From Epiperipatus broadwayi (lineage: Eukaryota > Animalia > Onychophora): a stretch of 64,000 bases of DNA. Made by a program: the position numbers and the translations under genes. The stretch is taken from NCBI GenBank assembly GCA_028023455.1, contig JAQFVV010000001.1, forward strand, positions 10,230,001 to 10,294,000, written 5' to 3'. This document shows positions 26,359 through 40,429 of this stretch, piece by piece. Position 1 is the stretch's first letter. Each line of letters opens with the position of its first letter. The notes beneath the pieces were generated by a model. It saw nothing but the letters and a program-made list of their open reading frames with translations, did no database searches and had not been told where the DNA came from.

Positions 26359-27897
26359 TTGTATACATATGTAAATAGAACCAGTAAAGGAACACATTTA
26401 ATTAAGTGAAAATAAAAGTAATTAGATCAGGCTGCATTAACTAAATAAAGATGCATTGTTTAACAGATTCTATTACCAAGGGAATTAATAACCAAATGAA
26501 GCCGTCTGCACACACATGAAAAAGATGTATTAATACTCCAGAAAAAAAGTGACGAGAGTGGGATTTTCAAACGTGGGAGTAAAAAAGAGCAGGGAAAATT
26601 AATATCGACCTCTTGTCCTTTGGTTCTCCATGAGTGCTGCCACTACGGACTGTGATCCCAGGTACTCGGCGCCTGTAGGTGAATCTGGCCGATTAGGGTA
26701 GAAGCAGACCGCACCGGTCTTAATATAATTTTTAAATGCCCTAAGTGTCTTTTTTATGAAGGTTTATTTTCGCCACCTAATCAAGGTACTGTGCGTTTTG
26801 TATTAGTGTTAGACAGGGAAAAGTTGGATCGTAATGCAGTCAGATTATGTATATAGATATATATGTTAACCAATAACTCGTAACTTGTTTTAGTGTGAAT
26901 TATCACATAACCAATAAAGATCTAGTATAAATAAGTCTGTAGTTCTTATTTTAAATTATTTATATTGCGATCGTTCAGCTTCAGCTGAAGACACTGCAAA
27001 TTACTGGTGCAGTCTCAAACAACCTTAAATTATTTCGTTAGGGCAGAACAGCATAGGCGAATTCGATGCCAGTAACGCGTCTGAATGGCCGTTGTATAGA
27101 ACCCAGATCGAAAATTTCTTTACTTTGAATGCGATTGATGATAACAAGAGAAAAATAGCGGCCCTAATGTTTTATGGCAGGAAAAGAGTAATTGAGGTTA
27201 TCCATAAAAATTTTGAAGTGCCTTTGCCTGAGAGGGTCAAGTACGAGGAAGTGATCAATAAGTTAAATGATCAGTTTAGCCCCGGTCCCTCTCGCCACAT
27301 AGCTAGATTAATTCTCCAAAATAGGAAACAATTTAGCGGTGAGAAAATTAATGATTATAATCTAGCTTTAAGAGAATTGGTGAAGGATTGTAACTGTGGT
27401 GATTTCATTGACAAAATTTTAATGGACCAGCTACTTTGGGGCATGGCCGATAATAGGCTCAGACAGCAATTGCTTGTAGAAACAGAGTTAACCTATGAAA
27501 TGGCCATCAAAAAGGGTATAGCATATGAGTTGATATTGGAACAGGCACAAGCTTTTAGATTTAAATCAGATGAAACAACAAAAATGGGGGTATTCAAAAT
27601 GTACGGAGGAAATCAAAGCCCAATGAAGTCAAATATTAGTAACGCTAAAATAATATGTTTCTGTTGTGGGAAAACGGGCCATATTTCAAGAGAATGCAAA
27701 TGGCAGAAAGAAGCATGTTTTAAATGCGGCAAAAAAGGCCATTTGTCATGCGTCTGTAGACAAGATGACAAGGGAAAAATAAAAGAACACGCCCATATGC
27801 CTCGTGATAGGGGAGGAAAATTTGCAACCACCCACATGATTAAAAATCTAAATGTTAAAAGTATACGCCAATTTATGATTAAACTTAAAATTTACGG
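26359..27897 (+). mobile_element. Gypsy element A: probable 5' LTR/leader plus gag, with pol deleted
   Basis: TGTTGTAT start at 26359, an AATAAA-containing CpG-retaining segment, and a tgg(t)-starting PBS-like sequence at ~27005 before gag. LTR limits are inferred. Confidence 0.6.
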
Positions 27898-27919
27898 AAA
27901 TGCCTGCATAACAACTTGA
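27029..27919 (+). CDS. Ty3/Gypsy gag (capsid plus two CCHC knuckles), truncated at the protease boundary
   Basis: Open frame from 27029: IGEFDASNASEWPLYRTQIENFF, QFSGEKINDYNLALRELVKDC, CFCCGKTGHISREC, CFKCGKKGHLSCVC. The last codons come from the adjacent foreign LTR sequence starting at 27898. Confidence 0.85.
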   Translation: MISLGQNSIGEFDASNASEWPLYRTQIENFFTLNAIDDNKRKIAALMFYGRKRVIEVIHKNFEVPLPERVKYEEVINKLNDQFSPGPSRHIARLILQNRKQFSGEKINDYNLALRELVKDCNCGDFIDKILMDQLLWGMADNRLRQQLLVETELTYEMAIKKGIAYELILEQAQAFRFKSDETTKMGVFKMYGGNQSPMKSNISNAKIICFCCGKTGHISRECKWQKEACFKCGKKGHLSCVCRQDDKGKIKEHAHMPRDRGGKFATTHMIKNLNVKSIRQFMIKLKIYGNACITT

Positions 27920-30900
27920 AGAATCGCCAGGAATATTTAGCTGTCTCCAAGAATAGTGCCAATGAATAATAATAATAAACTCCTCAAGAAAACATCACAG
28001 CCAGCTGGAAATATTCTTAATTGAAGCAGCAACCAGGAAGAAAACAAAGTTCTAAGTCCACGTTCAAAAATCCTAGGTAATAACATTTTTTTACTCTCAT
28101 TTCTAAAGTATCCATCGCATTAGTTGAAGCTTCCCAGAGTCAAGTAATATGAACTCTATAGCATACATAGACAAACTATTGATGTGTGTGTTTTTAAATG
28201 ATTTAATGCTTTGTTATATAATGTTACAGTGTGTGAATTAAGAATGTGCGTGATCATTATACCAGTGTTATGTTAGTTAAATAAGATTTATAAAAGTATT
28301 TAAAATTAGTATAATAAATGTTAATTAAAATAAATTGCCTTTTAAACTTAAAGTTTAATCTGTCGGTCAATTCTTTTACCATTAATTGAAACAATAATTT
28401 GTCATTGATTACAAGTAGCTGAGCTAGTTAAGGGATTTTTCGAGCACTGGATTATGGGCCTACTGTCCAAACATGTTAGTTCTGAAACTAGCTGGTGCCC
28501 AGGATTTATTCCGAAATAAATAAAGTGTTTGAATAGTAGGGGTTTGAATCTAGCAGTTGAGGTGGGCCACAATCTGGAAATGTGATCATGTTATGCATTG
28601 CATAGCTCAGTCTGATCATGGGTATTGTTGACAGCTCTGCTATCAATAATATTCTCCACTCTGCTCGAACAGACCGGTTCATTCACAAAATATTTATAAG
28701 ATTATAAATTTATTAAAAATAAGGTTTAAACCCAGCTAAACCTATCGAATAGAGGATGTGGAATCTTCTATGGAATGAACCCGGTACAAACTGGTGTACC
28801 AACATGGGCTGAACTTGTCATAAATGACAGTTAACTAAATGTTCTGTTACTGTTTGAAAATAAAAATTTTAAAGAAAAGCTAAATTATGTATTTTAAAAT
28901 GGTTTAATTTTTTAAAAAAAATTGACCAAAACTTTTTTTCTTTAAATGAAAAGAGATTTTAACATATATGTTATTTAAAATAAATTATTCTTTTAAATTA
29001 AAGACAGTTAGATGTTTTGGGTGGAGTTAAAGTGTTAAGAACGAGTAGAGAAAAGGACAAGGGGCTGGAGTCAGTCGTATATTCTGTTTTAAGAATAAAT
29101 GAACAATAATAATATTTGATTTGTTAATGCAAAAATATAATTTTAAAAATAAAAAATAAAAAAGTATAGCATAACCATGAATAAAGAAATGGAGCCGGAA
29201 GCCTGGTATTTTTTAAAAATCCCCAGTTAGTGGAAAAAAGAAAGAAGAAATATCTGAGACATGGATGATGATGAAAATGATGAATATGATGAAAGAATTT
29301 AAGCAAAGTCAGCAAAAACTCAAAGCGAAAATATGAGAAATGAAGCAAGGTCAGCTAGAACTTAAAGAAGAAATCAATCAGGTCAAAGGAGAAATTAAGG
29401 AACTCAGAACGGAAATAAAAGAAATAAGATGCGAGATAACAGGAAACATAGAGAAGAACCAAGAAATCATAGAGGTAGATTTAGTTAAAGAAAATCAGGA
29501 AGTTGAAAAGGAAGCTGAGGTCATAAAAGAGATAGAAATTAAAGCAGAACAGGATAGTGCTAAGACAGAAAGTGTGGGGAAAAATATAGATCAAGAAATA
29601 GAAGAGAGACATAAGTTCAAGCTAGAAGACAAAAATTTAAAAAGGTTAACTTAAAGGTTCGTCGTAAGAGTAGAATTAAAATGAAGAGAAAGAATAGGAA
29701 AAAATATTCACGGTTAGGAAAAATATGGAGTTCTGTGAAGCTTAAAAGTTTTCTAATCTATGAAGCAGAAAATAGAACAGAACAGGAAAGAGATAAAGCA
29801 ACAAGTTTTAATCAAGAGATAGACGTGAGGATATGGAGTATAATTTATGTTAGTGAATTAGTAGAAAGAAAGAAGGAACTGCCTGACATAGTTTAAAAGT
29901 TGGTAATCGGGCGGAATAGTAAAGGAAAAAACAAAGTACCGGAAATGGACAATGAGCACGAATATGATTATTCTAACGTAAATAAATCTGATAAATTTAA
30001 ATCTAAACTTCTATTTAAAACTAAAATAATAAAATTAAAAATAAACGAATAATAATAAATGAAATGTTTGGAAGTAATAATAATAACAGAGGCTTCGTAA
30101 AATAAAAGATTTTTTTCTCTACACACATGTTAATAAAGAAAAATGCCCGTACATAAATAGGTCAAATAAAATCAAGTTAAATAATAAGTATAAAAATATC
30201 TGGAGAAAATAAATAAAGTAGTGTAATAAAATAAAAATTGGTTTTGAATACACGTAAGTTAATAAAAGGAAATTAATAAATGGTTTAAAGTAATCAAGAT
30301 AAAAAAATATCTGTAATAAAATAATAAAGAACGAATCGTAATAAAGTAAAATAGTTTTTTCTGAATACAAGCATGTTAATAAGGAAGTAAAATAAATGGT
30401 TTAATTAAAGTAATCAAGTCAATTAAAATAAATAAAATATCTGTATGATAATAAATTGTAATAAATTTAAATAGTTTTTTTTTTAATGCATGCATGTTTA
30501 AGAAATGTTTTAAATAATATTCGGGAGTGATTTGATACAAATAAATGATTTAAGATAATGTCCATGTGAATTTAAAAATAATATTGTAAGGTTAATAAAT
30601 AAAATATAAAGTCAATCTAAGTTATATTAGGAATGTATATGTGTTTGAAATTAAAGGGAATGAGGGAAGTATTGAAATAAGTTTTAGATAAGTTAAAGTT
30701 GTCGGCTGAATAAAATTTAGCACTCACAATGGACTTATCAGGGATCATTCTTTTAAAATGCACACTGGGAACAACCACCATAAGTCAAAATCACTTTTTC
30801 AGGGGAGAATTCCCATATCGCGTACCTCATTTCCAAAGTATAAGACAAATTGGACAGTAGATGAATCCTGCCATTTGCAGCGACCTTTTCTTTGTCAAAG

Positions 30901-32272
30901 ACCGGTCAAGAGAACCTGCAGACGAAGCTTCGTTTTTCATATGTGTAAGTTGGTATAAACCAGTGAATCTGCATCCACCTTGTTTACTAAAGATCCTTGC
31001 ATCACCAAAAATAGTGTTATCCTCATGGTCACTATTCAGCACTAAGATCATAGTAAGCAATGTTGCCAGCATTGAAAGAAGCAAAGTATAATGAAAGATT
31101 GCCCTTAGCATGTAAAGTGTCAGATATTAGAAAGTAAACTTAGAAATATAATAAATAATTTTAAATTTAAGAATTAAAGTTATCAGAGATAAAATCGTTA
31201 AAAATGATGCATTTTACTCTCAAACGGAGGGCGGGGTAATGTACCAATATTGTGTTGCTACATATAATAATTTTGTCTAAACAATTATTAAAATAAAAAA
31301 CAGTTCGTTGAAAGGAAATAGTATGTAAAAGTTTAAAGTTTTTTATTGCAGTTTGTTTTCGAAACGCAAAAAAATAAAAATCTAAAGAATTCTTTTTATT
31401 ATTGTTGTTAGTTTAAAGAAAATATTGTTCATAAAAGTTATAAATGATTGATTAGAAAAAAGAAACAAAGAAAAGGTTGAAGTTAAAAGTTTAAAAATAT
31501 AAATCTCTTTTTATTTAAGTTAAAGAAAAAAAGGTCATCTTAAAAACTAAAGTTAATTGATTTTAAATTATATATGTGCGTAAATCATGAATGATTGTAA
31601 GTATAAGGAATAGTAAAATATATAAGAGCGATTGTAAATATATATGTGTGTGTTTAATAGAATGAAATAAATTAAAGTTAAAAAAAATAAAAAACACTCA
31701 GCGATGGCTGCTAAGTTAAAAATCTATAAAACAACAAGTTTTGCGATGGCAATTAAGATAAACAAAAAACAACAATAAGTTTGCAGTGGCTACTAAATGA
31801 AAACACCAATTAAAAGCTTATCAGAAGAATGCGATTAAAGGCAAGGAAGGAATTTGAACAACAGACATAGCTGGAGAATATCAAAATTACAACAGGCCTT
31901 AAGTATAAATAGTCCAGTGTTTTTTATCAGACAGTTGGGATTATAGTTGAAGTTGAGATTACAATTGAGATTGAGCAGTTGAGTTGAGTTCTTTAATCAT
32001 TCAATCAATCAGTGTATCCAGAATCAAAGATGCAGTGCTAATCAGCATTGGAATTATACGACTTTATCTAGCCTGAGTCCAATGAAATAGCAACTTGCCT
32101 GGAATAGAAAATGCCTGCATAACAACTTGAAGAATCCCAGGAATATTTAGCTGTCTCCAAGAATAGTGCCAATGAATAATAATAATAATAATAATAAACT
32201 CCTCAAGAAAACGTCCCAGCCGGCTGGAAATATTCTTAATTGAAGCAGCAACCAGGAAGAAAACAAAGTTCT
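27898..32272 (+). mobile_element. LTR element B: truncated 5' LTR (27898-28085), internal region with coiled-coil gag-like remnants, PPT and 3' LTR (31240-32272)
   Basis: Highly similar direct repeat 27898-28053 / 32109-32272. First copy ends in ...taaca (28085). Purine tract ggagggcgggg (31226-31236) is followed by taa-TGTAC. Coiled-coil ORF 29340-29654 (MKQGQLELKEEINQVKGEIKELR). No RT or integrase motif seen. Confidence 0.65.
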
Positions 32273-34815
32273 TTTCTTTTATTGTCAGATTATAAGAGAT
32301 GACAATATAATTTTACAGAGTGGGCTGCATGTTTTTTCATAAATGACATGCTTCTTGTTCTTGCCTAGCTTTCCATGACAAAAAATTCCCTAATATAATA
32401 AAACATTCGTATAGTTTCTAATGTAAGCTTTGCAATTTCAATTAGCAGCAAGGCAAACTAAATTCTCAGCATGGCTCACTTGAAATTCATTAATCCACTC
32501 TGGAATGAAGTTGACCTCTCTGGTGATTAACTACTTACTGTTTGCCTCATTAGACATTGAGCATACTATAATGTAGATTATCTTGTTGTCTGCAGCACTT
32601 ACCATAATGATAACAAGTCTCTATCTTGAAATCCAGAGAAAAATATACCCTTCTTTTTCTTTAACAAAAGAAAGAAATAACTCTTTGCTTTCTTTTATTT
32701 ATCTACTACATACTACAAAAGATAATTTCTTTCAACTTTTATCATTTTATTTATAATTAAAAAAAATCTTAAATCATAATTTTTTTTCCTGGATTTAAAC
32801 TCACCCTTCTATTTTCTATCAAAATCAATAAGATTTTATCTTCAACTGGATTCGAAATAAGTGAAACTAAAAAGATCCTAAAGTGCCTTTTAATTTACAA
32901 ATTGTATATTTTCTCTGTTTTTGTCATATAAATGTATGCATAAGTACATACACATTATTCTTCAAATCTGTTTATGTGGTGGCTGCCCTCCTGCTGCGGA
33001 AATAAGTTCTCAACATATCATTCAATAATTTATTTTTATTCTTTGAAATGCATTTTTCTTCAGCATTTCATTCCTGCCATGAAATGAGCATCTTCTAGTA
33101 ATAGTGAATTGTCAATTTTTTTTTATGCTAGAGTTGGACATACTCTCCTAGATATTATGAACAATTGTAAAAATAACAGCCAGACATCTATTTTAATCTT
33201 TAGAGAATATATACTTTAGTTAACATGCTGCAATTATATGCTTTTTCATATTATTTCTTGTTCACTAGTGAAGAACTTTTCATTTCAGTCCACTAGATAG
33301 AGCCTGGGACTCCAGTTTTCACTGTCACAGGCTCCCTGTTTTATTCACCAAAGTCATAGTCCAATTTTGGATTCTTAGAAGAAAAGTTTACCAAGATGTA
33401 AGTGAATACCTGTTTTATTGTTTTTTCATCTTTATAAGAAATTTTAGAACAGTTTTCACTCAAGAAGAATTGATAGTTTCTATAGGTCCAGTTATGCAAA
33501 TAACTGCCATTAGAAATAGGCAAAAGCTAGGTTAAATAATTCTAGGAATCATTAGAACAACATAAAACCTTGGAAAATAATTTTAAATCAAACCAAATAA
33601 TTCTAAAAAGAATAGAGCCACTAGAAATCCAAATGGCTTGTTAGAATAAACAGAAAAGCTCATAGAAAATGTGGAAAATAAAATGTTAACAAAGATGGTT
33701 TTAAGAATTTCATTGTTGCATCAGATATTAAAAATGTGAAACAAGTTTCTATGATTACAAACCACTCAGGGAAGACAGAAAATGGCCTAGCGATCATAAA
33801 ACTAAAGGAAAAAAAAAATCCCAGTGTTAAATTGTTCATAGGAAAAAAGATACGACATCGTCGTGTCAAACCAGGAGTTGCCGAACAGTGTAGATGGAAA
33901 AATTATTTTAAGTTTTAATTCGATCTCAATTTTAAAATTGAACATTATAGATTATGATTCAAGCTATCTCCCTGCGCAAAAATCAGGTTTCTCTGATGAT
34001 CAGAACCAAAGTTATTAGCACACTTCCGGTAGATTGGGGGCCTCAAAAATTAATTTTTTTTTTTTTCAAATCAACACAGAATTACAACGAAGTGATTCAT
34101 GAGAAAAAAAGTAATAATTCAAAGACAAAATTAGTACAAATGATGTTTTAGACCTAAATAAAGACATTGAAGCTGCAAATTATTCATCCTCTTTCAAGCA
34201 ATAATTATTGAGAACATTCCAAAGTTTAACAACAAACTTTCAGATTATACAACTGAATCCAATCATAGGAAGCAGAACCCAATTACTATCAACAAATAAG
34301 GTGTGTACTGATGAAAGGAAAGAAATTATAAATGATGAAAATAAGTGCGCAAGAGTAAAATTTTGAAAAAGACTCTGAACAGGAAGGCAATGGAAATTCA
34401 GAAACACTTTAAAGTATGAATTCCATAGATGTGTTTTATACAAAGATATGGCAACATGGATGAAGTCCTAAGGATCTGTGAATTAAAGGACTTGGCAATT
34501 CAAAGACTCTTACGAATCAATGGAGAAAACTAGGGTTATTGACTGTGGTATGATCTCAATATTTTTTTAAATAAATAAATGTATTTACATCATGTAGCGG
34601 GTGATCAGTCACCTGTATTTTTTTTTCCTTAATAAAAAAAAACTTTTCATTTCAGATTGCAACAATGTGTGCCCAGTTCTATTAATTTTGCAATTCAACT
34701 ATGGTTTAAAGGTTTTAAAAAAAGATTTGTTTTTCTTGCAAATATATATATATATATTTCTTTGATTACAAAAAATGTATGACTAACCTAAAATACTTAT
34801 CGCCATAGAAGTAAT

Positions 34816-34999
34816 GATTCTATATTTAATGAAAAATATTCCTGTAATGTAATTTTCAGTACACCACTATCTCACAAGATAGGTATTAGTTTCTATCCAC
34901 TTTTTATGCATGGAGCAGATAGAAACTAATCCCCACCTTGCAGGACAGTGGTATAGTGATAATTACATTACAAAAATATTATTCATTAAATGGATAATC
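34816..34999. repeat. Long foldback (about 75-80 bp arms, about 20 nt loop), MITE-like
   Basis: atttaatgaaaaatattcctgtaatgtaattttcagtacaccactat...ttagtttctatc versus gatagaaactaa...acagtggtatagtgataattacattacaaaaatattattcattaaat; mismatches are mostly transitions. Confidence 0.8.
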
Positions 35000-37900
35000 T
35001 CTAGCCTAATGAATGATATTAATAAAACATTCAATGACTATATTTTTTCACTAATTATTATTACAAACAATAAAAAATAAAAAAATCACTAAATCTTAAA
35101 GACAGCCATCTAAATTCAAAATATTCTAACAAGTAATATAAATTGACAAATATTTGACAGATTAAAGCATAGTCAAATTATTTACATAATAAAGTATCAT
35201 CAAAATTGGAAAAGAATAAAAATCTTTATGCTGTTTTTCCATAAAATAATCATCAGAAAATAATTTCTTTACAACAGTTATATAAATATCAATAAAAAAT
35301 TTTTTTACATTAAAAACCTTTTTCAGCACCTGATTTGGTGCACTTTTTAAATGTTAATAATCTATTTAACATTAATGAACTATTTCAGGCATAAAACCAT
35401 CTAGTGTTCAATAATGCAATTAAAACAAACAATAATAATATAAATCAATAAAATAAATCAAAACCCTCATATATAAATCCAGTAATTACAAAATAATTGA
35501 CTATATAATAACAATACAATAAATAAATTACATGCATTTTTTTTCCAATTAATTATATATAAATCATTTTATATAATTTTCCATTCATTTTTAATTAACT
35601 AATTGTTAATCAAATTTATAGAAGTCTTGTAAATATTCATACAATTATTTAAATTATTTTTAATATAGTATATTTCATATATTTGCCTTCTTTTTGGATC
35701 TTTGATGTAATTTAAATATATGCCCATATTTCAAGTAATGAATGTATAATGCAGATTTAAAAGGCTTTTAATGTATAAAATTTTTTTATTGATATTTATA
35801 TAGCTGTTGTAAAGAATTTTTTATTTTCTGATTATTATAATAAAGTAATGTATGCTAATTTTTCTCTGATTAATAACAGATTGAGATCAAGATCAATCAA
35901 ATCATACTTGATCACCATTAGCAGCAATTTTCCATTGTTTAACATTCCTTTAATATAATATTATTTCAAATTTAAGGCCAAATAATAAAATAATGAAGCA
36001 CACACATAATAAAAGACATAAAAGTAATAATTTTACACATTATAAATAGAATTTAAAACTTCTTAATATATTTTTCTTATTTAGATTGTTCAACTACAAA
36101 TATAATAATAATATATCTCAAATGACTTTTGATCTGACTATAAATTAAAGCAAGTAATTTATAAAATAGAAAATAAAAACGAAGAAATATCAAGTACATT
36201 TTTTTATTGTTTTGAAAGTTTTATTATACAACATGTTCAACAGCACAACAACTTAAATTTCTTAAATAATTGATAACCTAAGATTTTCACTAAAAAAAAA
36301 ACCCCTAACAGATAATTGACTCAAGAATTATATAGATCTAGTTATTTGCAATATAAAATTATTTGTATATCTTTATAATTACTATAATTTTTCAAATATT
36401 TTACTTGTTGAGAAAATGAGTTCATTTAATTATTTATTAATAATATTGATAAAGTATAATTATAGTAATTACTGACACAATAAATAAATAAATAATATCA
36501 GGATTATACATTTAAAATTTTCTCATTAATCTTAAAAATTATATTACATATAAAAAAATACAATTTTGAAAATTTTCATCAATAATATATGACCACCAAA
36601 TCTTAAATTTGTAATTTATGATTAACATCTTCATCAATGAAAATTATTAATTAAATCATTTATTAAATCTCTATTTGCAATTAAACTATTTCTTGAGATT
36701 TGATATTATGCTGATAACTGATTAAAACCAAATTCTTGAATTTTTGCATTAAATAATTGCAGTCTTTTTTATTAGTAAATGATCAGCAACATATATCAAA
36801 TTGATATATCTAACTGATAAACAGAATCTTTTCTCAAATTTACAACAGCTCTGCATGGATGAAGAAATTTATTGCTTAAATAATATAAGCTTAAATTATA
36901 TGCTCAAAATACTTTACTCAAAAAACAAAATGTCTAACATATATATATATATTTATGCATAAATTTAAATATGATTTTTGGAAACCTTCATATAATTGTT
37001 GGTCTGCTTTTAAATAAAGTAAAAACGTATTTTTCTACATAAATAAAATAATAATAATATAAACATAGTTTATATTGCTACATCATCCAATATAATCTTT
37101 ATTACTATTTTATATACATATATCTATTTTTTTAATATTATGTTTAGGTAATTCATCTGGCAAATAAATGATTTTATAATTATAAATGCAAGATCTCTAA
37201 TTTTTTTAAAAAAATATCATTCATTAATCAAATAAAAAATACTTTTAGTAAACCTTCATTTAAATTTTTTCACTTAGTAATATTTCTTTTTTAATTATGC
37301 TTAAAATTAATTTTTAAGCATTGCAATTCTCATTCAGAAAAAATTTCATATATGAAATTGTGGGAGAAATTGACATGCACCTCCTGTCAATAATTGTTTC
37401 AAAATCATAAGTGGTTCACCTATGGCTAGAATTTTTTCTTTTAAGTAAACCAACAATTATAAGACTTGCCTAAATTAGGGTTTGAACTTATTATAAGCAT
37501 GAATGTTAGATCTCCATATTACTTGCACATCTTCATTTTATATATCATAGGGAATAGAAAGTTTCTCATTTTTAACTAACTGCAATACTGAATCTTATTA
37601 GTTTATATATATGTAATAATTAATAATATATATAAAAACTAATAAAATTCAGTGTCACAGTTAATTAAAAGTGAGAAGCTCTCTCTTCTCTGATATATAA
37701 AGTGAACTTATGCAAATAATATGCAGATTTAAAAATCAGGCTCATAATATGTGCAAGCTCTAATTTAGGCACAGTCAATAATTGTTGGTTTATTTAAAAA
37801 TATAAGCTCTAATGACAAATGAACAACCTATTGTTGTAAAACAATTATTGGAGGGAGTGTGTATGTCAATTTTCTAGCACGTGTGAAGAGGAGTTCCTTT

Positions 37901-38623
37901 CACAATTTTACATATCACCATATTATTAATTATTACAAATATTGTATATTACAGATGTTTTTAGTAACAGTTAAAAAAAAATCAGAAACTTAATACTTTT
38001 TCCAAGAACTATTCTTTTAGATTAATCTTTTCTTTTTTTATTATTATACTAATTTTGTTAACTCAATATATAAAATTACATCTCCAGTTTTAACTTGAAA
38101 ATAATTATAATGAATATATATCTGAATAAAGTATTAAGTTTTAGTTTACAATAACACAACTATTATGTTATTTAAGATAATTTCCTTCCAATTTATTTTG
38201 CCAAGTATGACTGTAGAGCTTTAATTCCTTTTTAAAGATGATATGCTCTTCTTATACAATTTTAAATACTTTTAGAAATATAAACTTTTCTTTTTGTCAT
38301 TATTTTCAATAATTTATACATTTTTAATTCAATTTCTTGACGAATGAATTTATGAATATATGGAAAATATAAATGCATATAAATATCAAAAGGATTATTA
38401 TAATAATTCACTGATAATTAATATCTTCATTATCTGTGCTCAGAGCACATATATATATTAATTTATTTTAAGCGTTAATGAAGTAAAATCTTAACTATTT
38501 CAATAATTTATCAAATAAAATTAAATATTACAAAATTTTAAAATAAAAATATAGAAATAGTGAATAATATTTAATCAAGTAATTTTTTTAAATTTTTTAT
38601 TTCTAAATAATTTAATAGTATAC

Positions 38624-38735
38624 CTGTGTTTGATTTTTAAGCCTACGTTCTTTTTGAAAAGCCAGTGTACTTGTTAACACTGGAACAGTATACCGAAAAA
38701 CTTCCTGAATAATTTCTGCATCCTCTTCATGAAAA
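38624..38735 (-). CDS. PDE2: PDE2-type cyclic nucleotide phosphodiesterase, internal exon (end of GAF-A plus inter-GAF helix), 112 nt
   Basis: Flanked by tttag|...CAG|gtatac. After 1 nt of phase it reads [37 protein letters not shown], matching recalled PDE2A [37 protein letters not shown]. Ends in phase 0, compatible with the next exon. Confidence 0.92.
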
Positions 38736-40429
38736 CTAAACATAATAAACTTTTCATTATAATCTTATCAAAGCCATGCTAAATTATATTTATAAATAAT
38801 TTTAATTATGTATTTAGAATATAAATATAATTTAATAAATCATAAAAGTTTCTTTAATGAAACATTCGTCTCTTTTTTTCATAAAAAATGCATTATAATT
38901 CATTTTTTATTTTGAAAAATAAATTTTAATATTACTACAAAAACAATTTAGAAAATAACAAAACATATTAATATATATAATAAAATATAAAGATATAATA
39001 ATTCATAATACACATTACAGAAAAACTTGTAGATAGAGCATGAGTCAAAATAAGTAAATCATAGCGATAGATTAATGATGTCAATTTTTGGTTCAACTTA
39101 GTAGTGCAATTTAACACATGATACGAGTCCAGAAAAAATGAATAATTAATTCAATAATAATTTTATTTGGTTAGCAGTATAAAATATATATTAAGTTCTA
39201 TATTCATAGACAGGTTAACATTATTGATAAAGACAATCTTAAAAACACTGCAAATCATACTTGGAGAGAATTGTAAAAGAAAATTTGAATATTTAGAACT
39301 AAATTATTTAAAATTAGCTGATGTTTTTTTTTATTTATTCTTAATAATTGAATTAATCTTACTTTCTATCTACTTAATATAAAACTTTTGGAAAAAAAAA
39401 ACATTTGATGAATATTGAAAATAATTCATTAAATTATTATTCACATATTGAACATATGATGCTTTTAAAAAATGTATTATATTACTGAATATTCCAAATT
39501 AAAATTGTTAATTCTAATTTTATATCTTCATAATAAGTTTAATACTAAATAAATCTTTGAAAAAATTTACTTGCACTTTTTCAAAGATTTATTTAATATA
39601 AGCAATACAAAAAGAAGGAAAGAGTATTGAACAACTTGAAAAACTTAATATTAATTAATCAATTACTCTCACTGATTAATAATACCCAAGAAAATGAAAA
39701 TAGGATGGTTTATAGTGTTTTATTTTTAAAATGAAATGCTAAATTTTTAATATTTAAATTGTCAGATTATATCAAAATTACAAAAGCTTCTGAACCTCAT
39801 TTAATTTTTTATATTTAATGAATCATTTATTAAAAGTTGGATTATATAAATATAATCAGCAATATTTAAATTGTAATAAAATGGAAAATTATATTCCATA
39901 AGAATATGAAGACCACTAAAAATTATTACAATATTAATACTTAAAACTGCTTAGCCAAGCTTTCAAAATATTGAATCTTTATCAAAGTAAAATTAAAATT
40001 TTATTATATTGAACCTTTATATGTAAATTAAGTATAAAATGTAAATGTTTGTTGAAAACAATAAAGAAGCTGATCATTTGTTTGTATTTGATGATTCAAA
40101 AATTGTTTGTCAGGAGATAAAGAGTAAAAAAACATAAAATAAAAGAGACTCGACAGATAATTAATGAAAATATACCATTAAAATAAAACAATAGCATTCC
40201 ACTCAACAAGCAGTAGTTTTTCAATTTATAATGAATTTATATATATATATTTAAGGATTGAATATAATAAATTTTAGTCTACCTTTGGCAAAAATGAACT
40301 GCATCAAAACTCCAGTTAAACAATTTAAAAAACAAATTATTAATTTATTTTATTTTTATAATTTTAATAAATCTGATTAATCAATTATTTTACTGGTAGA
40401 CACAATACATAAGAAAATTAGGCTCTTTT

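Noticed and set aside
35800-36900. Possible second hAT relic on the minus strand
   Set aside because: Only scattered 4-5 aa resemblances in very AT-rich sequence.
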